Source: Candidatus Uhrbacteria bacterium
Lineage (GTDB): Bacteria > Patescibacteriota > Patescibacteriia > JACQRZ01
DNA: 64,000 nt
Direction of reading: 5' to 3'
NCBI GenBank assembly: GCA_016206155.1
Contig: JACQSC010000010.1
Coordinates: 8,073-72,072 of the forward strand
In this document: positions 1 through 9,731 of the stretch, one piece after another
Numbering within the stretch: the stretch's first letter is position 1
How the letters are laid out: each line of letters opens with the position of its first letter
Program-made: the position numbers and the translations under genes
The notes under the pieces: generated by a model
What the model was told of the DNA's origin: nothing
The model's input: the letters and a program-made list of their open reading frames with translations, nothing else
The model's database searches: none

Positions 1-1105
1 CTTCGCGGATACCGATACATTCAAGACGTCCCGGCATTCCCGTCCACGATGACAACGCGCGATCCATGGCGGGAACATCTGCGCCAACCATCATGCCAGT
101 GGTTAATGCCGCAAGGGCATTGTCTTGATTGTGCAGCCCCTGAAGCGATAGATTCGACATGTCATACACCGCAAGGCGCGATACGCCATCGTGCCACACA
201 GCAGTCTGCGTATGTGATGCCCGACTCCGTTCGATAGAACATCCGCGTTCGATCGTGGCGCCAGTGCGAGAATACCAATATAGCCGCTCAGAAGCAATGC
301 CTGCTGATAACAATCGATGGATAGGGTCATCGATGTTCAGCACGACCCCACCTTTATCGTCAGTAGGCTGAAATCGAAAAATATTTTTCTTTGCCTCAAT
401 ATACGCATCCATCGATGCGTAACGGTTAAGATGGTCTGGTTTGATGGTCGTCATCACTGCATACTGCGGACTTACTGCGTGAGCGCCAAGTACCTCGAGC
501 TGCCAACTGGAGAGTTCAAGAACAACGGGATCGGTACACCCATTTTGACGATCCTCAAGAACACGGTCAAGAATTGAAAAAAATGAAATGGCTCCTGACG
601 AGGTAGCGATACCACCGACAACCACCCGCGGAAATGTCTGCTTTAGCAGCACTCCAAGGAGCGACACCGTCGTCGTTTTTCCACGGGTACCCGTTACACC
701 GATCGTATTCACTCTCTGTGCAAGCGCAAAAAAAATGCTTGCATCATTATGGATCGGCACGGCGTGCGCGCGTGCCAGAGAAAGAAATGGGGAATCCCGC
801 GGAACGCCTGCGTTTTGAATAATGCAATCGGCGCGCAAGATGTCTTCATCCCGATGGCGCCCGAGAATATATTCAATCGATGCGCAGTGTTTCCCGGGAT
901 GAGCGAGACGATATTCGTTGCATAGTGTTGTCAAACGGACGAGAGATGGCTCGAGCTCTGCTCGACTCTTTATATCGGATACGATAACTTCCGCGCCCTG
1001 TCGGAAAAACCAGTAAGCGGCCGCCACTCCTCCGCCATGGAGGCCAAGTCCAAGGATAAGAATTTTTTTGCCGTAAAAATCGTGAGGAGAAGTGATAGGG
1101 TTCAT
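1..1105 (-). CDS. murD: UDP-N-acetylmuramoylalanine--D-glutamate ligase MurD (3' part runs off the window start)
   Basis: Minus-strand translation from the ATG at 1105 gives MNPITSPHDFYGKKILILGLGLHGGG (Rossmann GxGxxG), GVTGTRGKTTT and LQGLHNQDNALAA. Not in the ORF track because no stop codon lies inside the window. Confidence 0.85.
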   Translation of the reverse strand, partial: MNPITSPHDFYGKKILILGLGLHGGGVAAAYWFFRQGAEVIVSDIKSRAELEPSLVRLTTLCNEYRLAHPGKHCASIEYILGRHRDEDILRADCIIQNAGVPRDSPFLSLARAHAVPIHNDASIFFALAQRVNTIGVTGTRGKTTTVSLLGVLLKQTFPRVVVGGIATSSGAISFFSILDRVLEDRQNGCTDPVVLELSSWQLEVLGAHAVSPQYAVMTTIKPDHLNRYASMDAYIEAKKNIFRFQPTDDKGGVVLNIDDPIHRLLSAGIASERLYWYSRTGATIERGCSIERSRASHTQTAVWHDGVSRLAVYDMSNLSLQGLHNQDNALAALTTGMMVGADVPAMDRALSSWTGMPGRLECIGIRE

Positions 1106-1144
1106 AGTTTATAGTTTGTAGTTTGTAGTTCATGGTTCGTAGTT
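1106..1144 (-). repeat. Tandem heptamer leader (AACTACA/AACTACG units) directly 5' of the murD start codon
   Basis: Top strand tagtttgtagtttgtagttcatggttcgtagtt. Read on the minus strand this is (AACTACn)x5 ending at the ATG, with no SD. Confidence 0.7.
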
Positions 1145-1173
1145 ATTTTTTCTACAAACTCATTAACTACGAA

Positions 1174-2226
1174 CTAATACAGCCCCCTCTCTACCAGCAC
1201 AATACTGACTCCCACGACCGCCGTCACACCCGCGATAACCCAAAATCGCATGACAATCGTTGGCTCTTGCCAGCCCCGTGCCTCCAAGTGGTGATGAAAT
1301 GGCGTAGAAAGAAAGAGCTTGCGCCCAAAAAGTTTTCGTGAGCACTTTTGGATAATAACCGACCCCGTTTCCAGCAGGTACAGAAAACAGATCACGGGCA
1401 ATAACAGCGCGCTGTTGGTCAGCATTGCAACAATGCCAAGCGTTACCCCCAGCGACATGGATCCCGTATCACCCATAAAAAACTTTGCCGGGTAAATGTT
1501 GAACCAAAGAAAAGCAAGAAGCGCCCCGATAATCACTGCGCAGAATGTTGCGAGATCATACTTCCCTTGAGTGAAGGCAATCGCGCCAAACGATGCGAAT
1601 GCCGCAAGCAGCGTTCCGCCGGCAAGGCCGTCGAGACCATCGGCTTCATTGACGGAAAAAGCCGTTGCCACAATAACAATAATAAAAAAAGGAATATACC
1701 AAATACCGATCGTATAGTCTCCCAAGAAAGGCACGTGAAGCGTATCCCAGCCGAGTTTAAAATAAAACCACCACGCGCCAACGCACGCAATCAATGTATA
1801 CAAAAGGAAGCGATGGCGCATGCGCAACCCACTAAATGAACCGAGCCCCTTAATATTCAAAAGATCGTCAACAACCCCAACCAGCGCCGATGCGACGAGC
1901 GCGCCGAGGGGCAAAAGCACCTGAGACCGGCTGAGAAAATTCAATTGTTGAATGAGCGTATCTTCAAAGAGAAGTGCAAGATAGGCAAAAAACAATGCAA
2001 ATAATAGCGGCGTAATCCAAATGAGCACCCCTCCCATAGTTGGCGTTCCCTCTTTGCCTTTATGCAGCGCGGCATAAATCGGGGCAGCGGCATGATCGCG
2101 AATCCTTTTCACCAACTTATAACGAACAAGCAATCGATGTACAACGGGTGTCCACATCCACGCCCAGAGAAATGAAAGGATCGAAAGAAAGGTGATCTTG
2201 AAGATAATTATGTTGAGTGTCACCAC
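1174..2226 (-). CDS. mraY: Phospho-N-acetylmuramoyl-pentapeptide transferase MraY
   Basis: PTMGG, VDDL, NEADGLDGLA and HHH motifs; polytopic membrane protein; GTG start. Confidence 0.9.
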   Translation of the reverse strand: MVTLNIIIFKITFLSILSFLWAWMWTPVVHRLLVRYKLVKRIRDHAAAPIYAALHKGKEGTPTMGGVLIWITPLLFALFFAYLALLFEDTLIQQLNFLSRSQVLLPLGALVASALVGVVDDLLNIKGLGSFSGLRMRHRFLLYTLIACVGAWWFYFKLGWDTLHVPFLGDYTIGIWYIPFFIIVIVATAFSVNEADGLDGLAGGTLLAAFASFGAIAFTQGKYDLATFCAVIIGALLAFLWFNIYPAKFFMGDTGSMSLGVTLGIVAMLTNSALLLPVICFLYLLETGSVIIQKCSRKLFGRKLFLSTPFHHHLEARGWQEPTIVMRFWVIAGVTAVVGVSIVLVERGLY

Positions 2227-2237
2227 AGACCACGGAC

Positions 2238-2621
2238 CTATTGATTAATGCGATAGAGAAGAGTGAGGCTCATATAAAGAACCGCTGACGTTATCAGCGC
2301 GGCACAGGAAAGCGCGCGTGCGAGGGGTTTATGCGCGTGAATCATCCCGCGCGCAAGAGCGGTGTTGCATACAACGATAAATACGGCAAGCGCAGGAATA
2401 AGAAAAATTGACTCCCAGCGCGCGATGAAATCGGTCCCCACAATCATCTTATAATGCAGGGTGATATATTCCGTGTCGCTCGGGCGAAACGTGTCGAGAT
2501 TGATAATAAGAAAGAGCCACGAAAGAATAGACAGCCCTCCCGCCCCTGCGATAAAAAGAAAAAATGGGCGATCGCGGAAGAAAAATTTTGTATACAGTGC
2601 ATCGAGTGATGGATGAAGCAT
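2238..2621 (-). CDS. Hypothetical small membrane protein
   Basis: 127-aa ORF with 3-4 hydrophobic segments between mraY and rpmA. No recognisable motif. Confidence 0.4.
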   Translation of the reverse strand: MLHPSLDALYTKFFFRDRPFFLFIAGAGGLSILSWLFLIINLDTFRPSDTEYITLHYKMIVGTDFIARWESIFLIPALAVFIVVCNTALARGMIHAHKPLARALSCAALITSAVLYMSLTLLYRINQ

Positions 2622-2655
2622 AGATAAACAACAGTGTATCTCAATTACCCAAAAC

Positions 2656-2683
2656 TTGCAATTTTTTTTCAGTCCCCTATACT
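2656..2683 (+). promoter_or_regulatory. Sigma70-like promoter of rpmA (TTGCAA-16-TATACT)
   Basis: -35 TTGCAA, a 16-nt spacer and -10 TATACT. The 31-nt leader contains aaaccctaaac and has no SD before the ATG at 2715. Confidence 0.5.
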
Positions 2684-2714
2684 ATTCACTAAACATAAAC
2701 CCTAAACTCATTGT

Positions 2715-3026
2715 ATGGCACATAAGAAAGCTGGCGGCTCTACCTCTTGGGGCCGCGATTCCCATGGAAAACGCCTCGGAGTCAAACTTCCCGAAGGAGC
2801 ATTTGCCAATACTGGATCGATCATTATTCGACAACGTGGAACGAAATACGCCCCGGGAAAGAATGTACGGCGCGGCGGCGATGATACGCTCTATGCGGCT
2901 GGCAAGGGATTTGTCCATTTTACTCGCCGAGCATTACGCCGCTTTGACGGTACATTGAAGGCAAAAACCGTCGTCAATGTGCTTGAGGAAAAGTTAAAAG
3001 GTGGCGGCGTAAAAGCGCTTGCCTGA
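2715..3026 (+). CDS. rpmA: 50S ribosomal protein L27
   Basis: [24 protein letters not shown] is the canonical L27 N-terminus. Confidence 0.9.
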   Translation: MAHKKAGGSTSWGRDSHGKRLGVKLPEGAFANTGSIIIRQRGTKYAPGKNVRRGGDDTLYAAGKGFVHFTRRALRRFDGTLKAKTVVNVLEEKLKGGGVKALA

Positions 3027-3033
3027 CCAATAA

Positions 3034-3064
3034 AAACATCCGCATGATAGCGGATGTTTTTTGT
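3034..3064 (+). terminator. Rho-independent terminator after rpmA
   Basis: Hairpin aacatccgc-atgata-gcggatgtt followed by tttttgtt. Confidence 0.7.
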
Positions 3065-4341
3065 TACTTCTTTAACTCATCAAATGCACGCTGCAGCTGA
3101 GGATCTCTTTTTTCTTTCAAGTCATCCTCGGTAATCTCTACAACGACATCTGGGGCAATACCATTGTCCTGGATTGTGCGCCCCTTAGGTGTCAGCCACT
3201 TTGCAATCGTCAGCTTTAACGCAGAACCGTCTTGTAAATTTTGAAAGTCCTGAACCGATCCCTTCCCAAAAGTCTGTTCACCAATAATTTTCGCCTTACC
3301 ATAATCTTGCAGTGCGCCTGCAACGATTTCTGATGCCGACGCGCTCCCCCCATTCACCAGCACGACTGTTGGAATGTTCTGGAGTCGAGGACGCGCCCTT
3401 CCTTTATACTCCTCACTTTTATTTCCGTCATATTGTTCGATAACGATTGTTTGCCCATCAACCCAGTATCCCCCAATCTCAACGGCAGCGTCCAAATATC
3501 CTCCGGGGTTATTGCGAAGATCAAGAATCAGCGAATGAATATTCTTCGAAAGAAGATCGTTGACGGCTTTGCGAAAATCAGGAGCCGTATCTTGCGAAAA
3601 ACTCACCAGACGAATATAGCCGACGGAGTCCTCCTTCACTTCCCACCGCACTGATTTGATGACAATTTTATCCCGTGTAATCATAACGTCGCGCTCTTTT
3701 TGTTCCCCGTCCCGATAAATGGTAATGGTCACGCTCGTGCCCCGCTTGCCGCGAATCTTTGTAACCGCCTCATCAATCGTCATGTTTGTCGTTGATTTCT
3801 TGTCGATGGCAAGAATCTTGTCCCCGCCCCGGAGTCCCGCTTTCTCCGCCGGCATATCGGGGAGCGGTGCAATAACGACAAGCTGATTTTTTTTCATACC
3901 GATCTCGGCGCCAATGCCATCAAAGCTCCCCGTAAGGCTCTCGTTAAATTCTTTTGCCGACTTGGGATCGAAAAAAACCGAATAAGGATCATTGAGCGCT
4001 GAAACGACTCCGGCAACTGCGCCGTAAAACAATTTCGTATCCGGGGTATCTTTCGTAATGTAATCGCCCTTGACCCGCTTCCATACATCCCAAAAAAGAT
4101 CAAAGTCAACATCCTTAGAAAGATAATCCGGAAGCGGTTTTTGTGCGTCAAGCACGCGTCCACCGGAAGCCGCCTGCGCGGTCGACCCCGAAGAAAAGGG
4201 CAATGTTACCTCTTTCCTTCCATAGAGATACCCGCCATAAAAGCTTCCTCCTATTACGGCGATTGCTACGTAAAAAAGAAAGTACTTACGCAGAATGTAC
4301 GCGGGCGTTATATGTTTTTTTTGAATCTGTGTCTCGTCCAT
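3064..4341 (-). CDS. ctpA: Carboxyl-terminal processing protease (S41 family, PDZ domain)
   Basis: LVNGGSASASEIVAGALQDYGKAKIIGEQTFGKGSVQ plus a PDZ-like region; N-terminal TM anchor. Confidence 0.85.
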   Translation of the reverse strand: MDETQIQKKHITPAYILRKYFLFYVAIAVIGGSFYGGYLYGRKEVTLPFSSGSTAQAASGGRVLDAQKPLPDYLSKDVDFDLFWDVWKRVKGDYITKDTPDTKLFYGAVAGVVSALNDPYSVFFDPKSAKEFNESLTGSFDGIGAEIGMKKNQLVVIAPLPDMPAEKAGLRGGDKILAIDKKSTTNMTIDEAVTKIRGKRGTSVTITIYRDGEQKERDVMITRDKIVIKSVRWEVKEDSVGYIRLVSFSQDTAPDFRKAVNDLLSKNIHSLILDLRNNPGGYLDAAVEIGGYWVDGQTIVIEQYDGNKSEEYKGRARPRLQNIPTVVLVNGGSASASEIVAGALQDYGKAKIIGEQTFGKGSVQDFQNLQDGSALKLTIAKWLTPKGRTIQDNGIAPDVVVEITEDDLKEKRDPQLQRAFDELKK

Positions 4342-4353
4342 AGTTTTTTAGCA

Positions 4354-5607
4354 TTACGCCTCTCTTCGAATGTCTGCGCCCAGCGCGCGAAGGCGTATGT
4401 CGATATCTTCATAGCCACGATCAATGATCTGCGCGTCGTGAATGACCGTTTGGCCTGAAGCGACCAACGCTGCGACGACAAGAGTAATGCCGGCGCGCAA
4501 ATTAAGGCTTTGTATCTCATGGCCATGAAGTGGCGTGGGACCGGTAATCAATGCCCGATGAGGATCGCACACCGTCGCATCCGCCCCCATATTCACCAGC
4601 TCCTGAATATAAGCAAACCGCCCGTCAAAAATAGTCTCATGGATCAATGTCGTTCCTTGCGCTTGGGTTGCAAGAACGCCAAATTGCGACTGAACATCGG
4701 TAGGAATACCGGGATAGGGACGTGTCTGTATCTTCATCGCCTTGAGTACACCGGTTGATTTCAGTGTAATAGAGTCCTTGTGTATGTCAAATCGAGCGCC
4801 GGCCGCCAGCAATGTCTCAAGTCCAACATCGAGATGATCGGGCCGAATACCGTCGACGACAATCGTGCTCTTTGTTGCAAGGCCCATGATTACGAACGTC
4901 ATCGCGTTGACGGGATCGGGAATGACGGTATGAGTTGTTCCGTGGAGTTTTTTTACTCCTTGAATGGTTATGGTGTTTGTCCCGCCGCCGCTGATTTTTG
5001 CGCCCATGCTGTTCAAAAAGTCACAGAGGTCCTGCACGTGCGGCTCGCATGCTGCATTCTTGAGAACCGTCGTACCCACCGTCAGAGTGGCTGTCATCAC
5101 AATATTTTCTGTCGCGGTAACCGATGGGGCAATGAGTACGATTGTCTTTGCTTCCAGACCACGATGCGAGAGTGTGTACATACCGCGCGAACGGGCAATC
5201 GTAACGCCCATGCGGCGAAACCCATGGAAATGATCGTCTAGAGGGCGGTTCCCCAGCGCGCACCCCCCCGGTTCTGAAATACGTACAGTACGAAACTGCG
5301 TAAGAAGCGGACCCGCAAAAAGCGCGGAGGCGCGAAAACTTCTCATCAGTTTTGGGTCGAGTTTCTTGAGTGAAGGTTTTCCATCCGATACGATGATCGT
5401 ATGTTCGCCATCCCAGCGCACCGTGCGACCAACGCTCAGCATGAGCTGCATCATAACCTCCACATCGCGGATGCGGGGGACGTTGTGAATGACGCATCGC
5501 CGGTCAGCAAGAAGTGTGGCGGCCAATATCGGCAACACGGCATTCTTTGATCCGGAAACATGAATAGTTCCGTGGAGTTTTTTTCCTCCATTGATGATAA
5601 ATTTCAT
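4354..5607 (-). CDS. murA: UDP-N-acetylglucosamine 1-carboxyvinyltransferase MurA
   Basis: MKFIINGGKKLHGTIHVSGSKNAVLPILAATLLA and full-length EPSP-synthase-fold similarity. Confidence 0.9.
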   Translation of the reverse strand: MKFIINGGKKLHGTIHVSGSKNAVLPILAATLLADRRCVIHNVPRIRDVEVMMQLMLSVGRTVRWDGEHTIIVSDGKPSLKKLDPKLMRSFRASALFAGPLLTQFRTVRISEPGGCALGNRPLDDHFHGFRRMGVTIARSRGMYTLSHRGLEAKTIVLIAPSVTATENIVMTATLTVGTTVLKNAACEPHVQDLCDFLNSMGAKISGGGTNTITIQGVKKLHGTTHTVIPDPVNAMTFVIMGLATKSTIVVDGIRPDHLDVGLETLLAAGARFDIHKDSITLKSTGVLKAMKIQTRPYPGIPTDVQSQFGVLATQAQGTTLIHETIFDGRFAYIQELVNMGADATVCDPHRALITGPTPLHGHEIQSLNLRAGITLVVAALVASGQTVIHDAQIIDRGYEDIDIRLRALGADIRREA

Positions 5608-5794
5608 ACCCTACGAATACAAATTTCTACGAATATTACGACTTACGCAGTTGAGTACAGTTCTAGGAGCGACTGAGGAGCGGAATAAGCTGTACTTTGA
5701 TGGTACAGTGTTGAGCGCCGGAAGTCGCGACAACGAAATGTGCCAACTGCGTAAGTCGTGGAATATACGAAGCATGTCTGCCATACTGTCCACA
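5608..5794 (-). promoter_or_regulatory. murA 5' region with heptamer-like repeats and a 15-bp long-range inverted repeat
   Basis: ctacgaatacaaatttctacgaatattacg lies next to the start codon. Inverted repeat cgacttacgcagttg (5638-5652) / caactgcgtaagtcg (5740-5754). Confidence 0.4.
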
Positions 5795-6655
5795 TTATTC
5801 TAGGATGGCATTAATAAGCTCCTCAAGCTCCTCGGGCGAGTAGTAATAGATGACAATTGACCCACCGGCACCATTACGCTTAATCTTAACCTTCGTGCCG
5901 AGCTTCTGACGCAATGCATCTTCTTGGGCGAGATGATGGGGATCCCCGCGCCGCTTGCGTCCGCTTGCGCCGCGCGCTACGGTCACCTGATGCTCGATAT
6001 CATCCTTCTTAACATTCCCCTCAAGAACCTGATAAAAAAATTCCAGCTGCTTGTCTTCCCCGGGAAGACCAAGAATCGCGCGAGCAACCGAAAAATGAAT
6101 CATCCCCTCACGAAGCGCGTCTTGAATAACAGCGGGAAGGTTTAAAAGACGAATCATGTTGGAAATGACCGGACGGCTTTTCCCGACGCGCCGCCCGATC
6201 TCATCGTGGCTCAAATTAAATTCCTCGTGCAGCCGCTTAAAAGCGATCCCTAATTCAATAGGATTGAGGTCGACGCGCTGAACGTTTTCAATAAGCGCAA
6301 CAGCAAGCCTTTCGTGGTCACCCGCTTCGCGGAGAACAACTGGCACTTTTTTGAGTCCCGCCATCTTTGAGGCGCGCAAACGCCGCTCACCGGCGATAAG
6401 CTGGTACCCATCCTTGCTCCGCGAGACAACAAGCGGTTGAATAACCCCATATTCGCGAATCGAATGGGCAAGCTCGGAGAGCTGTTCTTCGTTAAACTCA
6501 TGCCGCGGCTGATATTCGTTTGTTTGAATGACCTCTATCGGCAATTCGACAATAGCCTCGTCCGACGACGGAGGTCTTGTCTGAGATGGAGCGGCGTTTG
6601 CATTTTTGCGAGAGAGGAGCGCATCCAACCCTCGACCAAGCGAAGTCTTTTGCAT
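5795..6655 (-). CDS. parB: Chromosome partitioning protein ParB/Spo0J
   Basis: GRGLDALL, IQPLVVSRSKDGYQLIAGERRLRASKMAGLKKVPVV and an HTH. Confidence 0.9.
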   Translation of the reverse strand: MQKTSLGRGLDALLSRKNANAAPSQTRPPSSDEAIVELPIEVIQTNEYQPRHEFNEEQLSELAHSIREYGVIQPLVVSRSKDGYQLIAGERRLRASKMAGLKKVPVVLREAGDHERLAVALIENVQRVDLNPIELGIAFKRLHEEFNLSHDEIGRRVGKSRPVISNMIRLLNLPAVIQDALREGMIHFSVARAILGLPGEDKQLEFFYQVLEGNVKKDDIEHQVTVARGASGRKRRGDPHHLAQEDALRQKLGTKVKIKRNGAGGSIVIYYYSPEELEELINAILE

Positions 6656-6741
6656 ACCTGCACTGTTACATTGTTAAATGATTATATTGTTGTTTTAATT
6701 TCACCGAGTATGCTCTCATAACAATTGAACCATTTAGCAAT

Positions 6742-7521
6742 TTAACAATTTCGGCTGTCTCCCAGATACTCAAGGACCTCTTTTGCAAACCGTTCGTAGG
6801 CCTTTGCTCCGCGGCTCGACGCATCATAGTCGCCGATTGTTTTCCCGTGGCTTGGCGCTTCGGCAAGGCGCACGTTTCGAGGGATAACGGTGCGAAAAAT
6901 CTTTTCCGGAAAATGCCGATAGAGCTCCATGAGAACGCTTTCCGATAATTTGTAACGGCGATCATACATCGTGAGCACAACTCCCAAGATTGAAAGTTCT
7001 GGTTTGAGATTTTCTTTCACAAGCTGGACTGTTTCAAGCAACTGACCGATGCCTTCAAGCGCAAAATACTCTGCCTGCACCGGCACAAGCACATAATCTG
7101 ACGCAACGAGCGCGTTCAGCGTCAGCAGGCCAAGTGACGGCGGACAGTCAATGATGATATAGTCGTACAGCGAAACGAATCCTGAAAGGGCTTCTTTTAG
7201 CTGAAACTCTCGATCCTCGACAGACACCAGTTCGATACTTGCGCCAGCGAGCGCCATGCTCGCAGGAAGGATACGAAACGCATGGGGCGAAACCTCATGA
7301 ATTGCCTCGTGGGGATTTGAAATTCCGGAGAGTACCTCGTACACTCCTCGCTCAATCTCGCTTGGAACCAATCCACACCCTGAGGTTGCGTTTGCCTGCG
7401 GATCAAGATCAACCAAAAGGCATGATTTGCCGCCCTGGGCAATATATGCCGCAAGGTTCATGGCCGTCGTTGTCTTTCCAACGCCCCCCTTTTGGTTTAC
7501 GATTGCAATAACCTTTCCCAT
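6742..7521 (-). CDS. parA: Chromosome partitioning ATPase ParA/Soj
   Basis: MGKVIAIVNQKGGVGKTTTAMNLAA deviant Walker A. Confidence 0.9.
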   Translation of the reverse strand: MGKVIAIVNQKGGVGKTTTAMNLAAYIAQGGKSCLLVDLDPQANATSGCGLVPSEIERGVYEVLSGISNPHEAIHEVSPHAFRILPASMALAGASIELVSVEDREFQLKEALSGFVSLYDYIIIDCPPSLGLLTLNALVASDYVLVPVQAEYFALEGIGQLLETVQLVKENLKPELSILGVVLTMYDRRYKLSESVLMELYRHFPEKIFRTVIPRNVRLAEAPSHGKTIGDYDASSRGAKAYERFAKEVLEYLGDSRNC

Positions 7522-7640
7522 ATTCGTAAGAGGTCGGATCTCCCCCTATCTCCGGCAGTGCTGCGCTCGTTATAACTTCCGCGCATGGTTACTTCAGGGG
7601 GTCCGACCTCATCAATGATGTGAGTAGTATATCAACTTCG

Positions 7641-8717
7641 TCAATGAGAGGCAAGGTCAAATCCAATATACTGAGCTTCGGGTTCGAGACGCACGCCAAA
7701 TTTGCGGAGCGCGCGCTGTTGAATTTTTTCCGCAAGAGCAACGATATCGCTCGCCCGCGCGCCCCCGTAGTTAATAATGGCAAGGGCGTGCTTTGGAGAA
7801 ATGCCAACACTCCCCTCGCGATACCCTTTATGAAATCCGGACGCTTCCAAAAGACATGCCGCGGCAACTTTCACCTGCCCATCATTTTGAATCCAGAACC
7901 ATGGCGGCGCGCACACCCCGTCAGGATGGTCCATAAGCGCCTTCTCTATATAGGTGAATTGCTCCGGGGCGACAACGGGATTCTTGAAAAATGATCCCGC
8001 TGACTTATGCGCCTCATAGCCTTGAAGGATTACCATGCCCTTTCCCGCGCGAATTTCTAGGATAGCTTTCCGTATATCAACGATCGGCGCCTCAGCCTGA
8101 TCGCCAAATCGCGCCTGAAGATCGTGATATCTCAAAACAGCGCCGAGCAAAGATCTCTTAAGACGAAATGTCACGTTTGTTATAATCAACGACGCGCCAC
8201 TGGAATGCTTGAACATGCTATCGCGGTAGGAAAATTCACACGCGTGTCCGGGTAGCGTACGTATCTTGTTGTCGTTGCGATCAAATACCTCAAGGCGATC
8301 CACGAACGGACCAACACTCACACCGTACGCGCCGATATTTTGCACCGGCGCAGCGCCAACGCTCCCCGGAATTCCCGAAAGGCATTCAAGGCCGCTCAAC
8401 CCTTGCGCCACGCAATAGCCAACCAATCCATCCCACGACTCTCCGGCGCCGGCCCGAACAAGGATATCGTCTCCGTCGAAATATGTTTCGATCCCCTTCA
8501 TCTCCATTTTTATCACAAGGCCGGGAAATCCACTGTCGCTGACAACCACATTGCTCCCTCCGACGAGAATAAAGATCGGAACACCTTTTTCTTTAGCAAA
8601 ACCAACTGCTTCAAGCAGTTCGTTCTGATCTGTTACTGAAACAAAAAAACGCGCCGGCCCGCCGACATCCAGTGTGGTGAGTGGCGCAAGTGGCACATTT
8701 TCGCGAATGTCAATCAT
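7641..8717 (-). CDS. murB: UDP-N-acetylenolpyruvoylglucosamine reductase MurB
   Basis: FAD-binding LAPLTTLDVGGPARFF...VGGGSNVVV and the MurB C-terminal domain. The ORF track extends to 8933, but the ATG (MIDIRENV) at about 8717 overlaps the VKOR stop as ATGA. Confidence 0.8.
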   Translation of the reverse strand: MIDIRENVPLAPLTTLDVGGPARFFVSVTDQNELLEAVGFAKEKGVPIFILVGGSNVVVSDSGFPGLVIKMEMKGIETYFDGDDILVRAGAGESWDGLVGYCVAQGLSGLECLSGIPGSVGAAPVQNIGAYGVSVGPFVDRLEVFDRNDNKIRTLPGHACEFSYRDSMFKHSSGASLIITNVTFRLKRSLLGAVLRYHDLQARFGDQAEAPIVDIRKAILEIRAGKGMVILQGYEAHKSAGSFFKNPVVAPEQFTYIEKALMDHPDGVCAPPWFWIQNDGQVKVAAACLLEASGFHKGYREGSVGISPKHALAIINYGGARASDIVALAEKIQQRALRKFGVRLEPEAQYIGFDLASH

Positions 8718-9133
8718 GATATGGCGGGAAAGAATAATCGCAAGGCCACAAGAAATAGAAGAAATGAAATTGCGGCCGAGAGAAGACAATAAAAACAGTA
8801 TTTTTTTATAACGAATGCCTGCAGCGAAACGAGAAAGAGGGAAAACAGCACACCAATACCTGTCACCAGCGGCAGCAACCATACGATCGTTCCGTCCAGT
8901 GAGGATGCAAAAAGAACGATGAGCATGGCGCACCCCATCCCAATATAATACAAAAGACCAAGCACTTCATTGCGCACCCCAAAAATATGCGACCACGTAC
9001 TCTCGGTTACCACAGAACAATCGTTTCCAATAGGACAGATGAGCGGCTGCTTGCGTGTGTGCTTGTATGTCAAGTATCCCGCATCTGCTATGCCAAGCAC
9101 GGACAATACAAGAAAAAGTGTTTCAAATACCAT
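8714..9133 (-). CDS. Vitamin K epoxide reductase (VKOR) family membrane protein
   Basis: Loop cysteines CPIGNDC and TM CxxC (KYCFYCLL); four TM helices. Confidence 0.7.
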   Translation of the reverse strand: MVFETLFLVLSVLGIADAGYLTYKHTRKQPLICPIGNDCSVVTESTWSHIFGVRNEVLGLLYYIGMGCAMLIVLFASSLDGTIVWLLPLVTGIGVLFSLFLVSLQAFVIKKYCFYCLLSAAISFLLFLVALRLFFPAIS

Positions 9134-9158
9134 ACGGTGTCATCCTTGTTTTCCCCTG

Positions 9159-9524
9159 TCATCCAGCCGAAGTGCGGGATCGAGCCGTCATCGCCACCAT
9201 CGCAAGCGCTGCAAAAAGAATCGGCACATCGCGGAACAGTATGTCAAACGAAGAGATGTTAAAAAGAATGATGAAAAAAAGTGTCGCGGAAGAAAACGCC
9301 GCTGAATAGTACGCCGCCCGTCCCGACAAGAGCCACAGTGCAAGCCCTGTTTCATATACAGAAAAGATCATAAGCAACATATTTCGAGGAACAATGGCGT
9401 CAATCCAAGCGGGCATAAACCCAACCCATGAAAATGGATCTAAAAATGCCGCGATAGCCGCATAGAGGAATGCAACCGCAATGCCGGCACGCAGAAGAAA
9501 TGATATAAGCCGTTCGTTTTTCAT
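9159..9524 (-). CDS. DoxX-family membrane protein
   Basis: 121 aa, four hydrophobic helices, DoxX-like pattern. Confidence 0.5.
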   Translation of the reverse strand: MKNERLISFLLRAGIAVAFLYAAIAAFLDPFSWVGFMPAWIDAIVPRNMLLMIFSVYETGLALWLLSGRAAYYSAAFSSATLFFIILFNISSFDILFRDVPILFAALAMVAMTARSRTSAG

Positions 9525-9537
9525 ACTATCAATTATA

Positions 9538-9556
9538 TAGCAGAGGTGGGACTCCC
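9538..9556 (-). repeat. Direct repeat of the tRNA-Met 3' end (tatagcagaggtgggactc)
   Basis: A 19-bp copy of 9646-9664 lies 94 bp downstream of the tRNA, an att-like duplication. Confidence 0.6.
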
Positions 9557-9649
9557 CCTCGCATCCGACTCGGGGCCGGGGTCTGCGCGCTCTCGACCCT
9601 TCTCATCCCTCACGACAGTCCCCGACTGTCGCTCTTATCAGATTTTATA

Positions 9650-9723
9650 TAGCAGAGGTGGGACTCGAACCCACGACCTTGGCCTTATGAAGACCCTGCT
9701 CTAACCGGCTGAGCTACTCTGCC
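9650..9723 (-). tRNA. tRNA-Met (anticodon CAT), elongator-type
   Basis: Minus strand GGCAGAG-TA-GCTC...GAGC-A-GGGTC-TTCATAA-GGCCA...GTGGG-TTCGAGT-CCCAC-CTCTGCT-A, with a G1·U72 wobble. Confidence 0.8.
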
Positions 9724-9731
9724 GCATCTGC

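Noticed and set aside
103-577. Small ORFs 49-237, 103-330, 159-371 and 317-577
   Set aside because: All lie inside or antisense to the murD coding region, which is itself absent from the track only because no stop codon falls within the window.
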